From NCBI RefSeq assembly GCF_009914755.1, contig NC_060931.1: a stretch of 64,000 nt of DNA; one strand, 5' to 3'. The stretch's first letter is position 1; each line of letters begins with the position of its first letter. The stretch is from the human T2T-CHM13v2.0 reference genome, Homo sapiens. The position numbers were made by a program, and so were the translations under genes. Shown one piece after another: positions 14,985 to 28,516 of this stretch. Below the pieces are notes generated by a model. It did no database searches. It saw only the letters and a list, made by a program, of their open reading frames with translations, and was not told where the DNA came from.

Positions 14985-15350
14985 AGTATGAAATCACTTA
15001 TCCAAGCAGCCATCTTTAGGAAGCTATAAAAAAGAAGAGAAAATTACCCACAAACTAAGTACAAATCAATAAAATGAAAACTGACAAACATAGAGAACAA
15101 TCAACAAATTGTTAAACCTCTAATTAGACTAACCAAGAAGAAAAAAACAAAGAGAAAACACAAACTGCAAACAACAGGACTGAAAGAGACACCACTACAG
15201 ATCATACACATATAAAAAGATTAATAAGAGGATATAGTGAACATTGTTATTCAATTAAAGTAATTGAATTTATTATAAAATCCTTCCCACACAGAAAACT
15301 CCCAGCCTAGATGGCTATACCAGTAAATTGCCTCACACAATGAGGGAGAC
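14985..15350 (+). mobile_element. Separate, internally deleted L1 ORF2 fragment
   Basis: L1 sequence from a more 5' ORF2 position than the preceding element (AAACCTCTAATTAGACTAACCAAG, AAAACTCCCAGCCTAGATGGCT); boundaries approximate. Confidence 0.65.
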
Positions 15351-15409
15351 AATAATATACTCAAATATACGTTGAGTATATTAATAAATATACTCAAATA
15401 TACCCTGTA

Positions 15410-16955
15410 GAAACTTTTTCATTAAATAGCAACTCCCCATTTCCCCCTCACCATGTCCTCTGGCAATCGTCATTCCACTGTCTGCTTCTGTGAGTTTGAC
15501 TATTTTAGACATCTCATGTTAAGTGGAACCATGCAATATTTGTCATTTTGTGGCTGAATTATTTCACTTAGCATAATATCCTCAAAGTCCATCCACGTTG
15601 TTGAAATGGCAGGATTTCCTTGTTTTTAAAAGCTAATTAATATTTCATTGCATCTATTACAACATTTCCTTTATCCATTCATCCATCCACATACGTTTGG
15701 GTTGTTTCCACATCTTGTCTATTGTGAATAATGTTGCAATGAACATGGAAGTGCAAATATCTCTTCCAGATTCTGACTTCAATTCTTTTGGATAAATATC
15801 CAAAAGTTGGATTTCAGGGTCATAAGGTAGTTTTATATTTAATTTTTTTGGGAAACCTCCATAATTCCATAGCAGCACCTTTCACATTCCCACTAACAGA
15901 GTACAAGGGTCCAATTTCTCTACATTCTCTCCAACACTTCTCTCTTTCTCTCTCTCTCTCTTTTGATAACAGACATCTGCAGGAGTATAGGGCCCCAGAT
16001 GGTCTTGGATGACCAAGCTCTTCCACTCTTGCGTGCAATTCTTGGGCAGAATATACCAAGAATGCCACATTCTGAGATGAAGAGGAACTTTCTGGAAAAA
16101 CCTGGGCTGTGTCCTTATTCCTCCCAGAACAGGACCTTCTGCAACTCTTGACCTCAGTGACATGAATGTGTTCAGGCTATAAAATGCAGAGCTTAGTGCT
16201 TTGAGGAACACTCATCTGTGATGCAATGTATGGCACATGTAGACAAGACTCCATCCATTCTGGAAAGCTTTCCTAAACTGTGGAGTACTAGCTTGCCATT
16301 GATTATAGAATTCATTTATTCTTGCTGCCTATTTGTAAGTAGTAAATTTACTTTGTCTGAATTGTGGGAGGGTTCTGTCTCATTGTACTAGACCTAAAAA
16401 ATTTACAACATCCTAACAGGTGTAAAATATCTCATTATGCTTTTGATTTGCATTTCCCTAATTCGTGATGTTGAACATCTTTTCATAAACTGGACTATTT
16501 ATTTGTCCTCTTTGTAGGAATATCTATTGAATTCCTCTGTCAGTTTCTTAAATTAGATTATTTGTTTACTGCTACTGAGTTGTTAGAGTTCCTTCTATGT
16601 TTTCATATTAACCCCTTAGCAAATATATAGTCTGCCAAGTATTTTCTCCTTTTCTTTAGGTTGCCTTTTCACTCTGTTAATTGTTTGCTTTGCTTTGTAG
16701 AAGCTTTTTAATTTGATGTAATTCCAAGTTTGTGTTTGCTTTTGTTGCCTGTGCTTTCAGTGTCATAGCCAAGAAATCACTGCCCATACCCATGTCATAA
16801 AACTTTCCCTTATGTTTTCCTCTAGGAGTTTTAAAATTTCATTTTCTTAGATTTAAGTTTTTAGTCCATTCTGAGTTGAGTTTTGTGTGTGATATAAGAT
16901 AGGTTCTATTTCATTATTTTTCATGTGGATATCCAGTTTTCTCAGCACCAACTCT
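15410..16955 (-). mobile_element. L1 (L1MA/MB-like) ORF2 C-terminus and 3' UTR, antisense, split by an LTR
   Basis: ORF 15657-15878 ([19 protein letters not shown]...[22 protein letters not shown]...DEWIKEM) is L1 ORF2p C-terminal sequence. Confidence 0.9.
15978..16407 (+). mobile_element. Solo LTR, probably ERVL class (family not identified)
   Basis: 430-bp non-L1 insert with TG...CA ends, perfect 5-bp TSD ACATC (15973-77, 16408-12), TATAAAA at 16178 and AGTAAA near 16341. Confidence 0.75.
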
Positions 16956-18944
16956 TAAGAAAAAAAATGTGTACACATAACATTTCTTCTAACCCTATAT
17001 ACATACTTTTTTCCTTCCCCCTTGGGTCATATTTAAAGTCACTTCCACCAGTATTCAAGGTCATAGGGAAAAGTCTCTGTTGTCAGTTTTGAATCATTCT
17101 GGAACAAATTTTGCCCAGCTATCACAAATAACTCCTAAATTGATTAAAGATGTTTATAGCCCTAAAATATTGTTGAAAAGCAAAACTAAATGGTTAACCT
17201 GAGATTTTGATTACTCTTACCTATGATAGTGATGACTTTTATAGAGTATGACAATAGATAGAAATTTGCCTCATAGAAGCATGAATATTCAGTGGAGAAG
17301 GAACTAAGCTCTCTTGTTTATAAAGCCTCTACAAACTTTGAAATCCAGAACTACTTTACAAATTGACACGGTTTGAAAAGTTACAGCAAATTTATCACAG
17401 AAAATACGCCTTGACAAAACTTCTGTTGGAAAATCATCAGTGACTCAGTTTTATGTTGAGTTCATGTTTCATTGGACACTTCATTGCAAATAGGAACATA
17501 GTTCCCATTTTTAAAGGTATGTTATCCCTCTAAATTCCCCTCTTCTAAGTTAGTTTGATGAAGTTGGAATCCAGTATTTTTGTTTTTAACTCTGTAGTCT
17601 ACATAACCTTTGTTAGTATCATTATATTTTCCACAAATAAAGGAACAATTACATGGGTTAAATTTGCAATCTTTCTTCTCCTACTCTTAATCTATAAGTG
17701 AATTTAGTAGCAAATATTTAATTGTTTGTTTTTCAAATATATTTTTTAAAATTATATTCCTCTCTTTGCTTGTTACTTATTTAAATATAGCTTTAACATC
17801 CATTTTTTTACACACCTGACAACAGCCAGAATAAAAACATTCAAAGAAGGATCACACATTTGTCCTATTACTTTTTAAGGCTTCAAAGTTCAGTGTTTGG
17901 CAAAACAGAATTATCACTTAATAAATATACTCAAAAGTTATTATTTTAAGGCAATATATTTTTTAAAAATAGCCAGTACTAAAGTAATTGAATTTAAATA
18001 TGAACCTACTTAGATGTTATTTTGGATGAGTGACGTGCCATAAGGCTTCCTTTATGAACAACAGCAAGGCCATGGGCACCTTAGTGGAGAATGAATCCTA
18101 TTGTTTGAGAGTTGACATGGCCAGCAAAACAGATAGGTATCATACACTTTGTGAGTATGATATGGCCATTTGAGAGAATTTTGTTATTCCCAGAAACATT
18201 CACCAAGATAATATATGGTGGCATGATCGATAATACAAATATGGTATGCTTCTTTTCCAAACCTACATGTTCCTTTTTTATCGGCTCTCAGCATGAAATT
18301 TTAATACTGTTATGTTACTATGTATAAAAAATAGTTTTAAAAGAGTTTAAAAGCCAGAATATGTAGTTAGACACTCACAGGACAACTATGTATTTTGCCA
18401 CAGGCACACCTCCATAGGGTGTTGCTGATGAAAGACTGCACACGGCAACAACAATTCACCTAGCTGTTTTCCTTCTAGCAAGCCTATGATGGATGCAAAG
18501 TTCATCTGTCATTGACCAGAGGTGTCATTTTTCTTTTTGTTTTGCAACTTGTCTGAACTTGATGCACTGGGTCACTTGTTACTCTGTGTGACCATTTGTG
18601 AAAGCAAACAAGGGCCTTTTTTGGGGGGGAAGTAAATCTTTATACACTGTCAGAGTCTTTCCCCTTCTTTTTAACATTGGAAGTTTGCATGGTAACATCC
18701 TACAGATTTGTAGCAGGTCATTTTTACTAGTAATAGCTTTAAAATTTTCTAGGTTAACCTAATCCAAAACCTTCCAGTGTTTTGTCTCAACTTTATCAAA
18801 CGCAAAGGAATCTGGAGGAAAAAAAATAGTCGTATCCTTATACATATCGAATACCTACTGCTAAGCAAATTCAACAGTGACAAACGTGGAAAGAGAGATG
18901 AATCTAATTTCAGGGAGTATTATGGTTCATGAGACTTTGTTTCT

Positions 18945-19239
18945 TTTTTTTTTTTTTTTGAGACGGAGTCTCGCTGTCGCCCAGGCTGGAGTGCAGTGGC
19001 GCAATCTCGGCTCACTGCAGGCTCCGCCCCCTGGGGTTCACGCCATTCTCCTGCCTCAGCCTCCCGAGTAGCTGGGACTACAGGCGCCCGCCACCTCGCC
19101 CGGCTAATTTTTTGTATTTTTAGTAGAGACGGGGTTTCACCGTGTTAGCCAGGATGGTCTCGATCTCCTGACCTCGTGATCCGCCCACCTCGTCCTCCCA
19201 AAGTGCTGGGATTACAGGCGTGAGCCACCGCGCCCGGCC
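18945..19239 (-). mobile_element. Young AluY, AluYe5-type
   Basis: Sense-strand GGGCGAGGTGG, GAACCCCAGGGGGCGGAGCCTGCAG and GGGCGACAGCGAGAC match recalled Ye5 diagnostics; most CpGs intact; perfect TSD GAGACTTTGTTTCT at 18931-44 and 19240-53. Confidence 0.9.
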
Positions 19240-22200
19240 GAGACTTTGTTTCTATTGAGTGATAGTGACAATGCATCCTGATTCACACAGTGAAATGCTA
19301 CTTTCTTCTGAGTAAAGTCAAGAAATGGTGTATAATGGAGTCACCAGAGAGACACATTCCCTGTCTCTACTTAAAGTCTACATTGTCTGTATTAAATATT
19401 CTATCGTGTACATTATCTCAGTAATAAGTACTCTGTAACTTATTAAGAATAGCTGTCTGCCTTTCTTTGCAAAAAAAACTTGTGTAAAATTGTTTGCTAA
19501 TTTGCAGAGGACAGCTGTTGTTCAAATATCACTTCAATAAATAAAAACTGACTTGATTAGATGATTTAATTCTAGTTACACTTTTTTTTCTAGAAAAGAA
19601 AGTAATACCTAAACTTATTGATACTACAGTGATATATTATTGCAAGATAAAGAAAACTATTGCATCAAAAAATGAAGTAGGTGGACTTATAAATTATTCT
19701 TAACAGAGCAATAAAAATGTATCCACAATACATGTGCTACTGTGCTGCAATTATTTACAGTACATGGAGATGTAATTTGTTAAAATATTCGCCTCAATTC
19801 TCTAGCTTGCATATATTCAAAGTGTTAAGGCATCTGAACTCTTTTCTTTAAAATGTAAAAATGTAAAAGAGCTGTGGAGTCTTGCTGCAATTTGGGGAAT
19901 ATTTTCTCTCTTTTGCCATTTTTTATTCTTATTTTGTAATGGCTTTTTTTAAATTACCTATGGAAGATGTCAAGCTGTGTAATACTAAGACTTTAATGTG
20001 TTTATTCTGTGAAACAGTAAGACATACATCAGACACAGATAAGTCATTTCTTGGCCTTGTCCAAAGAGTTACTAACATTAAGGTAACAGCTTAGTTACTT
20101 TTTCCATGCACTTTCTTTCCACCTGTGTATAGAGGAGCTGAGTAACCAGTTATTTGACACTGGCAAGTCTGAGCATTCACAGTACCAATTATTATAGTAA
20201 TTTGAATGTTACTAAAACAGTAACTTTAAATATCATTTTAAAATTCATGACAACAATAGCATGAATGTGGTAAATGGTATAGTACAATTACAGTGAAAAA
20301 TACAAATAATTTTCAGTGAAATATTGTATATTCATGTAATACAAATGATGTCTTGGGCTATGTACAAAATATTGATAGAAAAACACCCAAAATGAAAACA
20401 AAAACAAAAACCCTCATTCATATTGTTCAACAAAAACTATTTGACTCTGATTTTTCCTGCCATCTGGTGGCAAGATCAAAACTTAGACAATATATATTTA
20501 ATCATATTAAATCTTTTTACAACTGTCAAAGTACATTAAAATTAATTTTATATGAACCCAGTAAGAGACTGAATAAGCCTAGTAATTTCATGTACAATCT
20601 AAATATAATAGTTATTTTAATTATATTAACAAGTAGCACCTCAAGGTTTAATGTAATCTTTAAAACTATATGACAAATACAATAAAAATGAAACGCTCTC
20701 AATGAACCTGAATGTGTAGCTAGGTCACATTGGTAGGTCAATAGTTCTCATTTTATGACATTGAATAATTATTACAAATTAAGTAGATAGTATTGTAATA
20801 TATTAATTCTTTCTATCAGAAAGTGAAATCTGGTTAAAATCTGAAAGATAGTTTTTCAACAAGAAAATGACAGAAATATGAATACTCTTATTTTTCATTT
20901 TTTATGAAGTTGAGGGATGGGGAGGAATAGCTCTTTCTAAAAAAGGTTAAAAATAAAACAGGTAGTTTAAGATTAAAATAAATATAGTTTCACATAAACA
21001 TTGTATAAGTTAAATACTTGCAATGCATTCTTTTCAAATATGACTTCAATGTTTATTTTACAAAGTGCACTTAAAAACTACTTTGTTTAATATTTTCCAT
21101 TCCATTGAACAATAATATTTAAAAGGCTGTATGTTAAACTAATATTTCTAAATGTTCAATATATGTTTGATTAATAAAAATATTTTATAACCTCTTTACA
21201 ATAGCTTAGAAGGTATGTGATAGTAACATATATTACATGTTAATTTCAGGAAGGCAAGCTGAGTTAGTGATATCAACAGTTGGCAAACTCAGTTCTTCAT
21301 TTGAAGACTTTTTTTCAGAGTGATAATTTCTATGATTTCAATGTGAATAATTCTTATAGTTTGGTCTGAAGCTTATTAGAAATACAGTTGTGTACAATTA
21401 AGAGTATTCTTAAGTTTAGAACGAAGTGATAAGAATTTTCTTAAATTCATAACTGTAAACCACTTTAAAAGTTACAAATGTTTCCAAATTTCAGGAAGTA
21501 AACATCTGTTTCATTTTATATATGGGAGAGGGAAAAAATTAGAAAAAGATTTAACCAGTGTAGTAACCAAATACTCTAAATTTCATGCTAATGAATATCT
21601 CTTCTTACCTACTTGGCAATAGGCAATAGCTGAAATAGCTTGTGAGACAGCTGAATAGCTGATTCATGAAGGTCATATGGATACATATTCTGTCTACACA
21701 GCATAAACTGAAATGGAAATTTGGCAGCTACCCAATTTATGTGATCCTTGGCAATTCAGGCCTTAAAGTAGATTTAACACTTGCAAATGAGATGACTAAA
21801 AGTAAGGATGTCTGAGATGATATTCTAAATTATTTCATGCGCTTCACAACTTAAGATCTCCTATGAGAAAAAAATATTAAAAAAAGAAAATATCCTCCTT
21901 TTTTAAATCCTCTGTGCTTATAAAGAAATGCTTATAAAAATAAATTAGATATTCCAACATATAGGATGCTTCAAATCAAGTCGATTTGGGGAGTAGGTGG
22001 TGGATAAAGTCTTAATATGGTAAAATCTGTTATTCTGTGTTGAAAGCCCAAAGAATAATCTAATTCATAGTACTCTTGGAATTCTAAATCAATAAAGGAG
22101 TCATTCATCAATTTTTTAGCATTTATATATCAGACACTCTGATTAAGTAAGAGATTTTAAAAGCACCATCTTTTAACCATTTAACTTTGAATGGGCCAGA

Positions 22201-22569
22201 TATCAAATGATAATCATTCTACCATGTAAAACTAGATGTCTGACATTAATCAAATAGAAAGATTTACATTTCGTAAATATTTATTGTTTAATAATCATTA
22301 ATATATTGATTTAGGTAACTGCATACCTGGATTTAGGTAACTATAACATACAGTAAAGTCTTTAGAAAATAATTTCATTGGTAAATTGTTCAATTGAAAA
22401 AGTTGTCATTTTTAAAAATAAAGAACCATGTTATATTTGGCTTTATTTACGTTTAATATCTAAAATGCTACTTCAGTGCTTTGTAGGGGTACACAAACAA
22501 ACACAAGGCAAATATATATCCATTTGTAGAATATGTTAAAAAGACCCTTTTAACCTTTGAGCAATTTTG

Positions 22570-22710
22570 TAAGTTAAATTTTCTTATATCCACTATGATG
22601 ATAAATAAAATAACTGAGGCTAATGGACCCTAAGTTACTTGCTAATGTCAGCTAATAAGCGATAAAGCCAGGATACTCCAATTCAGGTTTTCAGATAGCA
22701 AGCATACTGC
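22570..22710. mobile_element. Probable MIR relic
   Basis: AACTGAGGCT...TAAGTTACTTTGCTAATGTCA resembles the MIR core; boundaries approximate. Confidence 0.5.
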
Positions 22711-24381
22711 TTTGGGTAAGCAAAGCAGTATATTTATATAAGCACTGCTTATATAAATATACTTGCATTTTGGTATCAAAAATAAGTAGACCCCAGTCTC
22801 AAATTTCCCAATGACATAACTGGTACCATTAAAAAAAAATCTGGTAAGATTGTTGCTAGTGTGGAATGAAGTGTTAGGATGAGTGGATGAATAGGAAAAA
22901 TGGCAATTTTCTAGTTTTCCTGAGTCAGTTATTCCACAAGCACAAATATACTCTTATTCATATATACCAATACATTCTATATTTCATCACTATCCAAGTC
23001 AATTTTACAAATTTCAGTTTTGCAGCTCCTGTGCTCTCTCATGAGTAATCAAAATCTACATGCAGAGCAAACTCCTTGGAAGTTGTTAGTATTAGGTAAG
23101 GGGCTGCAGTCAATGGTGAAAGATTTGATATTTAGAAGAGGATGATTTGCCTTTTACATTTTTTTTAGCAACTGTGAAAATTCAAAAATAGTGCTTACGT
23201 TATAAAATTAAAGTAATTTAAATTTAAAGAACTTTTAATTGAATTGATGTTTTGGCCCAATGAATCCTTTGAAAATGGAACTAGAAAATATTTTGTTCAG
23301 ATGAGGCATTTCTGCCAGATTAAAAAACATAATATCAAATGTTGCTGTTTAATCAACTGTTACATTTACTGAATGTAACATGATGTAATTAACCTCTGAT
23401 TATCCATTTGAAGTGTTCTGACTTGAAAATACAAATATACCTAGTTATAAATAAGGGAAAATACATTTCTAACTATTCTTAATTTCTTCTCAAATATATT
23501 GGTCAACCAATCTTTAGAGATAGATAATTATTAGACAAAACAATTCACTTTTGTTATGTAGCTATGAAAACAAGTATATACATCATACATTAACTGATGT
23601 ATGGGAAATTAACAAACAGATAGATAAACAAATAAATGTATTAACCGATGTAAATGAAATGAAGAAAGCCACCTTGGTAAGTGACCAGGGTCTAAGTATA
23701 CCTGACTTTTAGTCTTAGTACTTCCACTGACCCATTATGAAGTCTTAGGTAAGACTTTATGTTTACAACCTGTTTCTTCAATTGAGTTGATGTTACATTA
23801 AGCTCTGTTTGAGGATGACATAATTCAAATTTTATGAATAGTTACTCTAATCACAGAAGCATTATATGCACAAGAAGATTCTGAGTTTGTGATATGGCAT
23901 GCCTCATGTTTACAGGCAATGCTTCACGTTTATATCAAGGGAGTGAGTTTCCTTCTGTAGTTTTTTTGTAAAAAGAATACATCTTATCTGTTAATTTAAC
24001 ATGTACACCAGCTTTTATTTGTGTCTCTCTTTAAACAAAGGAAATTCATGTTCAAAAACATCTTCATTTAACTTTAGTATTATTCAACATATTATTGCCA
24101 TATTAATTCAGAGAAAAAAATTATGTCAATTTTAACTATTGTGGCTATTTAAATCATAAAAAAATAATTTGATAGGAGTTATATTTTATTTTTGAATTTT
24201 GATTTCATTTTCTAATGTACTCCAGTGGAATTATTTATTTTTCAACTTGCATACTTTGTGCACCTGAAAGTTAGATTTCTGACTTTTTGCCTTCCCTTTC
24301 TTTGAAGAAAGATCCTCTAGGCTGTCAGGTTTGTTACTAGAATCCTCCCACCTCTCTGCCTCGTCATCACCAGAAATCATT

Positions 24382-24718
24382 ATTGCTTATTGATATATCA
24401 TAGTTGATCATATTTCGGTGGTATATGTGATATTTTGATACATATATACAATGTTTAAGGATTAAATCAGGGTAATGGGATATCCATCACTTCAAATATT
24501 TATTTTTTCTTTGTTTTGAGAACATTCTGATTCTTCCAGTACTTTCAAATATATAATGAGTTATTGTTAACTATAGCTTTCCTACTTTACTATTGAATAC
24601 TAGAACTTATTCCTTTTATTTAACCATATTTTTGTACTCATTAGCCAACTCCTCTTCATTCTCCTCTCCTGCTACCCTTCTCAACCTCTGAAAATTATTT
24701 TTTGACTCACTATCTCCC
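24382..24718 (-). mobile_element. L1MA 3' UTR fragment
   Basis: ATGTGATATTTTGATACAT...AAATCAGGGTAATGGGATATCCATCAC...TTATTGTTAACTATAG is typical of the reverse L1MA 3' end. Confidence 0.8.
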
Positions 24719-25453
24719 AGCTCTTAATAAAATTCATTTGTGTCTGTGGCACTAATATCATCACCCTCCCAGCTCCTGCTTTTTAATTTTATATATGTAT
24801 AATTTTGTTCTTACTCTATAAATATCCCCTAAGGACCCATTACTTTTCCAACATGTGACTTACTGTCATGTTGCAGAGAGCCCATGTGGTATTAGGAAAA
24901 AAAGCCCATGTAAGATGATAAATGAGTTGCAGTTAAAAACACATACTCATATTTCTAAACACTTTCTTAAAGTTTGAAAAGGATGGAATGTAGCTACTGA
25001 AATATTAAAAGTAAATTCACACTAGATCTTTTGATACAAAATAAATTCTCCACAGAATGCTGATTATTACACTTTGTGTTTGATTTCCTATAATACACCA
25101 AAAGTAGTAACGATGAGTTGCACCTCTTTACAATTCCCTCTAAAGAACTTAAGATATTTTCCAAACAATAACTTGTAATCTTTGTAGCAGGTAAACAGTA
25201 AATGCTATTAATGTTAGTAGAGATGAAATAAACTAGATATTCAAATCAATAGTGTGAAGAAAATCAATAACAGAGGAATTGAAAGAAATACAGGATCTGA
25301 ATCACAAATTTCCTAAAGATTTCCTTGACAGCCTAAAAAGTGATTTTTGCATTCAATAAAGGTTTTATGATTTCCTCAAATAACTTTAATAATCTTAAGG
25401 AATAAATTTTTCTCCAAATTAATTTTGATTTAATTAATAAAATATTTAATCCT

Positions 25454-25762
25454 GGCAGAGCTTGGTGGCTCACACCTGTAATCCCAGAACTCTGGGAGGC
25501 CAAAGCGGGTGGGTGACTTGAGCTCAGGAGTTTGAGAAGAGCCTGGGCAACATGGCAAAACCCTGTCAATACAAAAATACAAAAATTAGCCAGACATGGT
25601 GGCGCATGCCTGTAGTTCTAGCTACTCAGAAATCTGAGATGGGAAGATCGCTTGAGTCTGGGAGGTCAAGGCTGCAGTGAGCTGAGATAGCATCACTGCA
25701 CTGCAGCCGAGGAGATACAGTGAGATGTTGTCTCAAAACAAGCAAACAAACAAACAAAAAAA
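25454..25762 (+). mobile_element. AluJ SINE
   Basis: CTTGAGCTCAGGAG, GCCTGGGCAACATGGC and GGTCAAGGCTGCAGTGAG J diagnostics; CpG-depleted. Confidence 0.92.
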
Positions 25763-28516
25763 CCTAATTCTTATTACATATAACTTTTCAGAGACATTAG
25801 GCAGGATTTCATCAACTCAGTCAATAATGTTATTACTTCTACTTTTCAAAATGTTAAGAATTCTTGGTGTAGAATGTTTTAAACCAATGTAAAGAAATTA
25901 TTATAATCCTGGATGCTTCTTTCTGATAGATTGTCTAATCCTGCAAATAGAAAGGCAAATACATCAATGGGATAAAAGTTTGACTCTGTTTTCCTAACAT
26001 ATTCAGGAACTAGTCATATAGTGCCCATCTTTGTGTCAGGACTTATGTTTTTGGGCATTTTTCCAAAAATATAATGAATCACGTGGAGCTATAATTTGCA
26101 AATCAATTCTCAGAAAAAAAAAACAGTGAGAAGGAAGAAGAATATTAATAATCATTTTAGATGATTTTCATGCAACTTAAAGGTTATTATGTATCTATTT
26201 TTCTACCATTTAGTCATGAAGAAAATAATATAAACTTGTTTACTCCTTAAATCTTACCACTTGATAAAATCAAGTTAAATGATTATTCACAATTTAAAGG
26301 TATAATAGCCTTTGTACAGTTCCCAGTCCACTGATTGTCCATAACCTGGAAACCAGCAATTTGAATTATAATGTACTTTCCTATTTGATCAGTGTTTTAC
26401 ATTTTAACCAAAACTTTATTATATGCTTTGCTTTGCAGTTTAAGATACACAAAGCTTTATGGATAGGCAGAGATTTGTCTCTATTCAAAAACAAGGAAGC
26501 TGAGGCTCAAAAAGCAAGTCGAAGGAGCCAGGGCTTCAGCTTCCTGGGTTCAGGTGTTATTTTGTGACTACCTGCAACTGGCACCTAAATACTCCAAAGT
26601 GCAAAATTGAGTCACATAGCTTCATTAAAATGCCTATACTCATACACAGAGAGTATTGCCTTACATTTCAAACCAAGATAATTCCCAAAACATGCAGTTG
26701 AACAGCAGGGTTATTTATTCCAATACTTTTAAAATACTTTCCTTTCTTTAAAATTATTTATCAGCCCAAATAGAAGCTTAAAATTCATAGGGTATAAGGA
26801 ATGTTACTTATTAAAAAAAGGGTGATGTGCTTCAAATAAACTTCATCCTAAATGTCATGTAATAGACAGGATCCTCTACACATGGGATGTAAAATGAATT
26901 GTCGATTAAATATGTTGATAAATGTTCTTAGTAAGCAGTCTGCAGCTGCCTTATGTTTCAGTCATTTACATCCTTAATTCAAACAGAGTGAAAATTCAGT
27001 GATATCCAATGAACGGCCTGCTGTGTCCCTCCAGGAAGGACACAATACCACAGTATAAAGACAGGTTGTAACTTTTTCAAAATTATAATGTTGCCCCTTG
27101 AAAAGAACACATTTTTGGTGGGTAATTTTCCATCATGAATATGTATTTTTGATGCATAAATACTTGGAAAGCTTTTTTTTTTTTACAGCTGTCTTCCCCT
27201 TTTTTAAATAAGACAAACTTCAATGCATAATTTAGGAGACTTATGCATGAAGAGATAATATTTTGTGCATTATAATCAAGCAAAGGCCATGAACAAACAA
27301 TGGAGATGTCTGCCATTCCCACCTTCCTTTAAATTATGTACAAACCTTTTGGGACCTAAACAATGACATTCAGACAAGGGTTAAATCTACTTTAGAATAC
27401 ATAATCTATTACTGTTCAGCTAATTCATATACTATTAGCATATATTTGATTCATACAGAAAAGAAAAACTAAAGCACATTGAGAAAGTGGATTTGTTTCA
27501 TGCTTATGTACAACAAATTTAAGATTTATTCTATTCTTCTCTGAATCTTATTTCTCATTTAATTCTACATTGCTCAGTTCTTTTACAATTTATGTTAACC
27601 ATCTTGGGCATAAAGACTAGTGTTTCAGTAGTAGGATTTGGAGGTTTTAGGAAGATTCTACTGCCTAGCCATATTGTTAAAATGATGTGATATTCAGTCT
27701 TTTGAACATCTCTTTTGATATTGAACTATCTCAAAGTCTCTTTTTGATATTTTTAAACGTTGGTGATAGCCAATATATATTAATAATTTCTCTCTCTTCG
27801 TGAATATATAATGTCTCATACAAGACTACCACCTTAACATTTATAAAGCATTTTCCCATACAGCATTAAGCATTGACATGTTATTTATTGGATGATTTTT
27901 TTCTCATAAAAATATACCTTATTACTGAAGCATTCTGAGGAATTAAAAAAAGATATATGGCCTGATTCTCAGCAAATATTACATTTTCAGGATATAATTA
28001 CTGCAATATTTTATAGTATAGCATATAATCTAGGGGGCTGAAATTAATCAAGTAACAAGAAATGACAAAATTTTACATATAACAACTGTGACTTCTGGAG
28101 TCTTCCCAAGGAATTTTATGTAAAGAAGCCAACATGTTCTTGAAAGAATGTGAGGAACTAATTTTCCATGATCACTGATACTGACACTAGCTCCACAGGA
28201 TCATTACAGACTCTTATTTTTGAAATTAGAATAGCTATGGTCTGTGCTTTGGTCTGGCTGGTTTCCCTTAAATCACATTTATTCTTCCTCACAGTCTGGC
28301 ACTCTTAATTAGTCATGTTCCTTAGAGCTTTATTTTGAGTGGATCTGTAATAATAAAGGCCTGTTCTAAAGAAGAAAGTAGGCATCATGTGTGAATGCCT
28401 ACTCTAGTAGAAAAGTTCACCTTTTTAGCATGTAACCAAACTGGACCCACAGTAAAGGAGATAAGAGGGGTTTAGTGAAAAATTGTCGAGAAAGAATATA
28501 TACATAGCTATAGCTA

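Noticed and set aside
13972-16955. Opposing L1 pieces as one twin-primed 5'-inverted insertion
   Set aside because: The two pieces cover overlapping ORF2 sequence with different substitutions, face tail to tail, and a third fragment lies between them; separate insertions fit better.
22308-22342. Direct repeat GATTTAGGTAACT twice, and a similar short duplication at 62281-62353
   Set aside because: Ordinary short local duplications; two copies only, not an array and not CRISPR-like.
27022-27044. Imperfect 11-bp hairpin as a possible pre-miRNA
   Set aside because: Too short for a pre-miRNA stem and within chance expectation.
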